Below are positions 59,405 through 64,000 of a DNA stretch of 64,000 bases, piece after piece. Below the pieces are notes generated by a model that saw nothing but the letters and a program-made list of their open reading frames with translations, was not told where the DNA came from and searched no databases. Positions within the stretch are counted from its first letter, which is position 1. Each line of letters opens with the position of its first letter. Source of the stretch: an uncultured Acidobacteriota bacterium. Lineage in GTDB: Bacteria; Acidobacteriota; Vicinamibacteria; Fen-336. The DNA is taken from the NCBI GenBank assembly GCA_963720545.1, contig OY970399.1, positions 3,456,001 through 3,520,000 on the forward strand, written 5' to 3'. Position numbers and translations under genes: made by a program.

Positions 59405-61779
59405 CCGGAACGCGCAACGCCGGTGTCATCGGCGAACCGCTTGCCAAGGTGGACGCGGCCGCCAAGGTCAGCGGCCAGACCGTGTTCGCGGACGACCTGG
59501 TGTTGCCGCGCATGGCCTTCGCCAAGCTGCTGCGTTCGCCGCATCCGCACGCGCGCATCCGCAGCGTCGACGCGTCGCGCGCCGCGGCGCTGCCCGGCGT
59601 CTTCGCGACACTCGTCGGCACGGAGCTACCGATACCCTTCGGCATCCTGCCGGTGAGCCAGGACGAGCATGCGCTCTGCATCGACAAGGTGCGCTTCGTC
59701 GGCGACCCGGTGGCCGCGGTGGCCGCGGTTGACGAAGAAACCGCGGAAGCCGCACTGCGCCTCATCGCGGTTGACTACGAGGTGCTGCCGGCGCTCATGT
59801 CCGTCGACGAGGCGTTGCGCGCGCCGCAGCACCGCATCCACGAATACGGGCCGCACGGCAACGTCCACAAGGAAGTGTCGTACGACTTCGGCGACGTCGC
59901 GGCCGGCTTCGCCGAGGCCGAGCACGTCCGTGAGGACACCTTCTTCTTCGAGGGCAACACCCACCTGCCGATGGAGCAGCACGCCGCCGTCGGGCACTTC
60001 GGTCCGGACGGCAAGCTGGCACTCTGGTCCGCGACGCAGACGCCGCACTACGTGCATCGCGCGCTCGCCAAGGTGCTGGAAATGCCGCCGGCGCACATCC
60101 GCGTCATCGCCTGCCCGAACGGCGGCGGCTTCGGCGGCAAGAGCGACCCGTTCAGCCACGAGATCGTGGTGGCGGCGCTGTCGCGCAAGTGCGGCCGGCC
60201 TGTGAAGGTGACGCTGACCCGCGAGGAAGTGTTCTACTGCCACCGCGGCCGCCACCCGGTGACGATGCAGGTGAAGACCGGGCTGCGCAAGGACGGCACG
60301 ATCACCGCCATGCATTTCCGCACCGCGCTCGACGGCGGAGCCTACGGCAGCTACGGCGTCGCGAGCCTCTACTACACCGGCGCACTGCAGACGGTCACCT
60401 ACAAAATACCGCGCTACAAGTTCGAGGGCGTGCGCGTCTTCACCAACAAGCCGCCGTGCGGGCCGAAGCGCGGCCATGGCACGCCGCAGCCGCGCTTCGC
60501 GCTCGAGTGCCACATCGACAAATTCTGCGAGGAGCTTGGGATAGACGCAGCGCAGTGGCGCATCGACAACACCCTGCCCGCGTACAGCGTGACCGCCAAC
60601 CACATGTACGTGCGCACCATCGGCCTGCGCAAGTGCCTGGAGCGGGTGATCGAGCGCAGCGGCTATCGCGAGAAGCGCGCTGCCAGGGTGCCGGGCCGCG
60701 GCATCGCCATCGCCGCGAGCTCATACCTTTCCGGCGCCGGCCTGCCGATTTACTGGAACCAGATGCCGCACTCGGGCGTGCAGGTCAAGGTGGACCGCGG
60801 CGGTGGCGTCACGGTCTTCTGCGGCTCCACAGACATTGGCCAGGGATCCGACTCGGTGCTCGCGTACATCGTCGCCGAGGAACTCGGCATCGCACCCAAG
60901 GACATCCGCGTCGTCACCGGCGACACCGACCTGACTCCAGTGGACCTGGGGTCGTACTCGTCGCGGGTGACGCTGATGACCGGCAACGCCGCCATCCAGG
61001 CCGCGTCGCGGGTGCGCGAGCAGATCTTCGCCGCCGCGGCGCGCAAGCTCGAGGCCGAGCCCGAAGCGCTGGCGGCAGCCGGCGGCCGCATCTTCGTCGC
61101 CGACGCTCACGGGCGTTCGCTCAGCTTCGCCGAGGCCGCGATGCTCGCCGAAGCCGCAGACGGCACCATCGGCGCGGTCGGCTCGTACACACCGCCCCGT
61201 AGCCTCGCGCGGTGGAAGGGCGGGGGCGTCGGCCCGTCACCGACCTATTCCTATTCCGCCTGTGCGCTGGAACTGCGATGCGACCCCGAGACCGGCATCA
61301 TCCGTATCGACAGGGTCTGGATCGCGCACGACATCGGCCGCTCGCTCAACCCGATGCTGGTGCTGGGCCAGGTCGAGGGCTCGGTCTACATGGGCCTCGG
61401 CGAGGCACTGATGGAAGAGCAGGTGTTCCGCAAGGGCCTGCACAAGATCCCGTCGATGCTCGACTACAAGAGCCTCACGACCTTCGAGATGCCGCCGGTG
61501 GAATCGATCATCGTCGAGACGCTCGATCCCGAAGGCCCGTACGGCGCCAAGGAAGTGGGGCAGGGGCCGCTGCTGCCGATCATGCCGGCGGTGGCGTGCG
61601 CCGTCTACGACGCGCTCGGCGTGCGCATCGACGAAGTGCCGGTGACGCCGGAAAAGATCATGGCGGCGCTCGCCGGCCGCTACAAGAAACCGGCGATGCC
61701 GGCGTTCGAGTATCCCGAGACCATGAGCGTGCCGCTGCTCGATCCCGACACGCGGCCCGTGCTGGCGGGAAAGCGCTGA
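59401..61779 (+). CDS. hcrA: Molybdopterin-binding subunit (4-hydroxybenzoyl-CoA reductase alpha-like)
   Basis: 'GGGFGGK', 'KRGHGTPQ', 'DIGQGS', 'DLGSYSSRVT', 'GQVEG', 'GPYGAKEVGQ'; the family is certain, the specific call is inferred from the beta subunit. Confidence 0.72.
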   Translation: MTGTRNAGVIGEPLAKVDAAAKVSGQTVFADDLVLPRMAFAKLLRSPHPHARIRSVDASRAAALPGVFATLVGTELPIPFGILPVSQDEHALCIDKVRFVGDPVAAVAAVDEETAEAALRLIAVDYEVLPALMSVDEALRAPQHRIHEYGPHGNVHKEVSYDFGDVAAGFAEAEHVREDTFFFEGNTHLPMEQHAAVGHFGPDGKLALWSATQTPHYVHRALAKVLEMPPAHIRVIACPNGGGFGGKSDPFSHEIVVAALSRKCGRPVKVTLTREEVFYCHRGRHPVTMQVKTGLRKDGTITAMHFRTALDGGAYGSYGVASLYYTGALQTVTYKIPRYKFEGVRVFTNKPPCGPKRGHGTPQPRFALECHIDKFCEELGIDAAQWRIDNTLPAYSVTANHMYVRTIGLRKCLERVIERSGYREKRAARVPGRGIAIAASSYLSGAGLPIYWNQMPHSGVQVKVDRGGGVTVFCGSTDIGQGSDSVLAYIVAEELGIAPKDIRVVTGDTDLTPVDLGSYSSRVTLMTGNAAIQAASRVREQIFAAAARKLEAEPEALAAAGGRIFVADAHGRSLSFAEAAMLAEAADGTIGAVGSYTPPRSLARWKGGGVGPSPTYSYSACALELRCDPETGIIRIDRVWIAHDIGRSLNPMLVLGQVEGSVYMGLGEALMEEQVFRKGLHKIPSMLDYKSLTTFEMPPVESIIVETLDPEGPYGAKEVGQGPLLPIMPAVACAVYDALGVRIDEVPVTPEKIMAALAGRYKKPAMPAFEYPETMSVPLLDPDTRPVLAGKR

Positions 61780-62789
61780 TGCTGCGGCTGCCGCCGTTTC
61801 GCTATGTCGCGCCCGCGACCGCTCGCGAGGCCGCGGCCATCCTGGTAGCGGAAGGCGCCGACGCCATGCCCGTGGCCGGCGGCACCGACCTCTATCCCAA
61901 CATGAAGCGCCGGCAATTCACGCCGAAGGTGCTGGTCGGCCTGCGCGGCATCGCCGCGGAAGACGGCGGCCGCGCGCGCGCGATCGTTGCGAACGGCAGC
62001 CTGACACTCGGCGGGCTCGCGACGCTGAGCGAAGTCGCCGCGCATCCCGAAGTGGTCGCGCGCTGGCACTCGGTGGCGCGTGCCGCGGGCCTGGTGTCGT
62101 CGCCGCCGCTGCGCAACGCCGGCACCATCGGCGGCAACCTCTGCGTCGACACGCGCTGCAACTACTACAACCAGACCGAATTCTGGCGGCAGTCGATCGG
62201 CTACTGCATGAAGAAGGATGGCAGCATCTGCCTGGTCGCGCCAGGGTCCGACACCTGTTGGGCGCTGTCGTCGTCCGACACCGCGCCGGTGATGATCAGC
62301 CTCGATGCCGAGGTCGACCTGGTGGGCGCAGCCTCGCAGCGGCGCATCCCGGTGGCCGCCCTCTATGGCAGCGACGGCATCGCGTATCTCGCCAAGCGGC
62401 CCGAAGAGATCCTCACGGCGGTCCATGTTCCCGACCGGGCCGGCTGGCGCACCACCTATCGCAAGCTGCGCCGCCGCGGCTCGATCGACTTCCCGATCGT
62501 CGGTGTGGCCGCGGCCTTGAAGCTCGACGCCGGCGACGTCGTCGCGGACGTGCGCATCGTGCTCGGCGCCGTGCACGTGGCACCGGTGCGGGCCACTGCC
62601 GCCGAGGAGTTCCTGCGCGGGCGCGTCCTGAACGCTGAGTCGATCGAGATGGCGGCCGGCATCGCCTACAAGCCGGCGAAGCCGCTCGACAACGCCGACC
62701 TCGTCTACCACTGGCGCAAGCAGATGGTGCGGATCGAAGCGGCCCGCGCCCTGCGCGAACTCGCCGGGCTGCCGTCGCGCGACCTCTGA
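61779..62789 (+). CDS. hcrB: FAD-binding subunit with an inserted [4Fe-4S] motif (HcrB-like)
   Basis: 'AGGTDL', 'RNAGTIGGNL', insert C-x15-C-x7-C-x8-C. Confidence 0.78.
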   Translation: MLRLPPFRYVAPATAREAAAILVAEGADAMPVAGGTDLYPNMKRRQFTPKVLVGLRGIAAEDGGRARAIVANGSLTLGGLATLSEVAAHPEVVARWHSVARAAGLVSSPPLRNAGTIGGNLCVDTRCNYYNQTEFWRQSIGYCMKKDGSICLVAPGSDTCWALSSSDTAPVMISLDAEVDLVGAASQRRIPVAALYGSDGIAYLAKRPEEILTAVHVPDRAGWRTTYRKLRRRGSIDFPIVGVAAALKLDAGDVVADVRIVLGAVHVAPVRATAAEEFLRGRVLNAESIEMAAGIAYKPAKPLDNADLVYHWRKQMVRIEAARALRELAGLPSRDL

Positions 62790-62795
62790 TGCCGG

Positions 62796-64000
62796 CTACA
62801 ACGAACCGGCTTCGGCGCGCGCCGCGTCGATCGCTTCGCGCACCCGGTCCTCGTGGGTGCGGACGCTGAGGATGCAGAAGCGCAGGTAGTAGCGGCCGTT
62901 CACCCGCGTGCTCGAGATGAAGACGCGCTTGCGTGAGTTGATGCGGCGCAGCAGCTCGGCGTTGTCCGCGTCCGAGCGTCCCGCGAGCCGGAAAGCCACG
63001 ATCGACAGCTGCGGCGCATCGGTGAACTCGAAACGGCCGTCATTCGCGAGTTCGCGGTAGGCGAAGAGGGCGAGCGCGCGCTTTTCGACGAGCGCATCGC
63101 GGAAGGCGTCCGCGCCGTGCAGCTGCAGCGGCAGCCAGATGCGCAGGCCGCGAAAGTCGCGCGACAGCTCGGGCGACATGTCGGCAAAGCCATGGCCGAC
63201 CTCCTCGTCGGCGCCGGCCTGCGTCAGGTCCTGCAGGTAGTCGGCGCTGCCGCGATGCGCGGCCCGCAACGCCGCGACGTCACGCACCAGCAGTGCGCCG
63301 GTGCCGTAGGGCAGGAACAGGCCCTTGTGCGGGTCGATGGTGATGGAATCGGCGAACTCGACGCCGGGCAGCAGGGCCGGGTCGGCCAGGCGGAAGAAGC
63401 CGCCGTAAGCGGCGTCGGCGTGGAGCCACAGCGACTGCGCGCGGCAGACCGCGGCCAGTTCGGGAAACGGGTCTACGGCGCCGGTGTTGGTGGTGCCGGC
63501 GCTGCCGACGACCAGGAATGGCGAGAGGCCGCGGCCGCGGTCGGCGGCGACCATCGTCGGCGAGCGCATCGACGCGCATCCGCAGCCGCGAGTCCACCGG
63601 CACAGCGCGCAGGTTGTCGGCATCGATGCCGACGATGCGCGCCGCCTTGGCCACCGAATGGTGCGCCTCGGCGGAGTGGTAAACGACGCCGCGCGCGAAC
63701 TCGCGGCCCAGCTGCTTGTCACGCGCGGTCAGCACGGCGGAGAGGTTCGAGAGCGAGCCGCCCGAGGTGAGTATGCCGCCGGCCGAAGCGGGGTAGCCCA
63801 TCATCGCGCACAGCCACGCGACCGCGGTGCGCTCCACCTGCGCCAGGACCGGCGCCGCGGCATCGACACCGACATAACGGTTGCATGCGGCCGCCATGAA
63901 GTCGGCGAGCGCGGCCGAATAGATGCCGCCGCCCGGAATGTAGGCGAGGTAGCCGGGGCCGGCGGTGTTGAACGATTTGGCGAAGGCCGGCGCGAGACGC
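62796..64000 (-). pseudogene. PLP-dependent (aromatic amino acid) decarboxylase, frameshifted near 63555; 5' end outside the window
   Basis: 'TSGGSLSNL...EAHHSVAKAA' in one frame; 'GTTNTGAVD...HADAAYGG...DPHKGL' in another. Confidence 0.75.

Overview
High-GC bacterial chromosomal window; the Oar-like TonB receptor, CarD, the K+-independent PPase and many leaderless genes suggest Acidobacteriota, but this is inference. It has about 55 CDS, two tRNA-Leu genes, no CRISPR array and no intact mobile-element gene. Main blocks: (1) housekeeping and hydrolase genes at 1-13.3 kb; (2) a compositionally foreign ~8 kb island next to tRNA-Leu(CAA) encoding a TonB receptor, a Tat-exported M19 dipeptidase, a CocE/NonD hydrolase, a D-amino acid dehydrogenase and a GntR regulator, with a palindromic operator; (3) carD, HU/IHF, an acyltransferase and rfbBAC; (4) a stand-alone RdhA/QueG-like Fe-S protein; (5) an abm-like aromatic acyl-CoA catabolic cluster with no AbmA monooxygenase in the window, split by a peptidase cassette and a 24-bp perfect palindrome; (6) an S8 protease and hppA; (7) a Fur-like box ahead of bfd-bfr, with bfr translationally coupled to a TolB-like gene and an hcrCAB-like molybdoenzyme; (8) a frameshifted PLP decarboxylase at the right edge. 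The best candidates for undescribed biology are the peptide/D-amino-acid island, the AbmA-less aromatic cluster and the iron-linked hcr-like operon, whose catalytic Glu appears replaced by Gln. All product calls come from motif recognition, not database searches.
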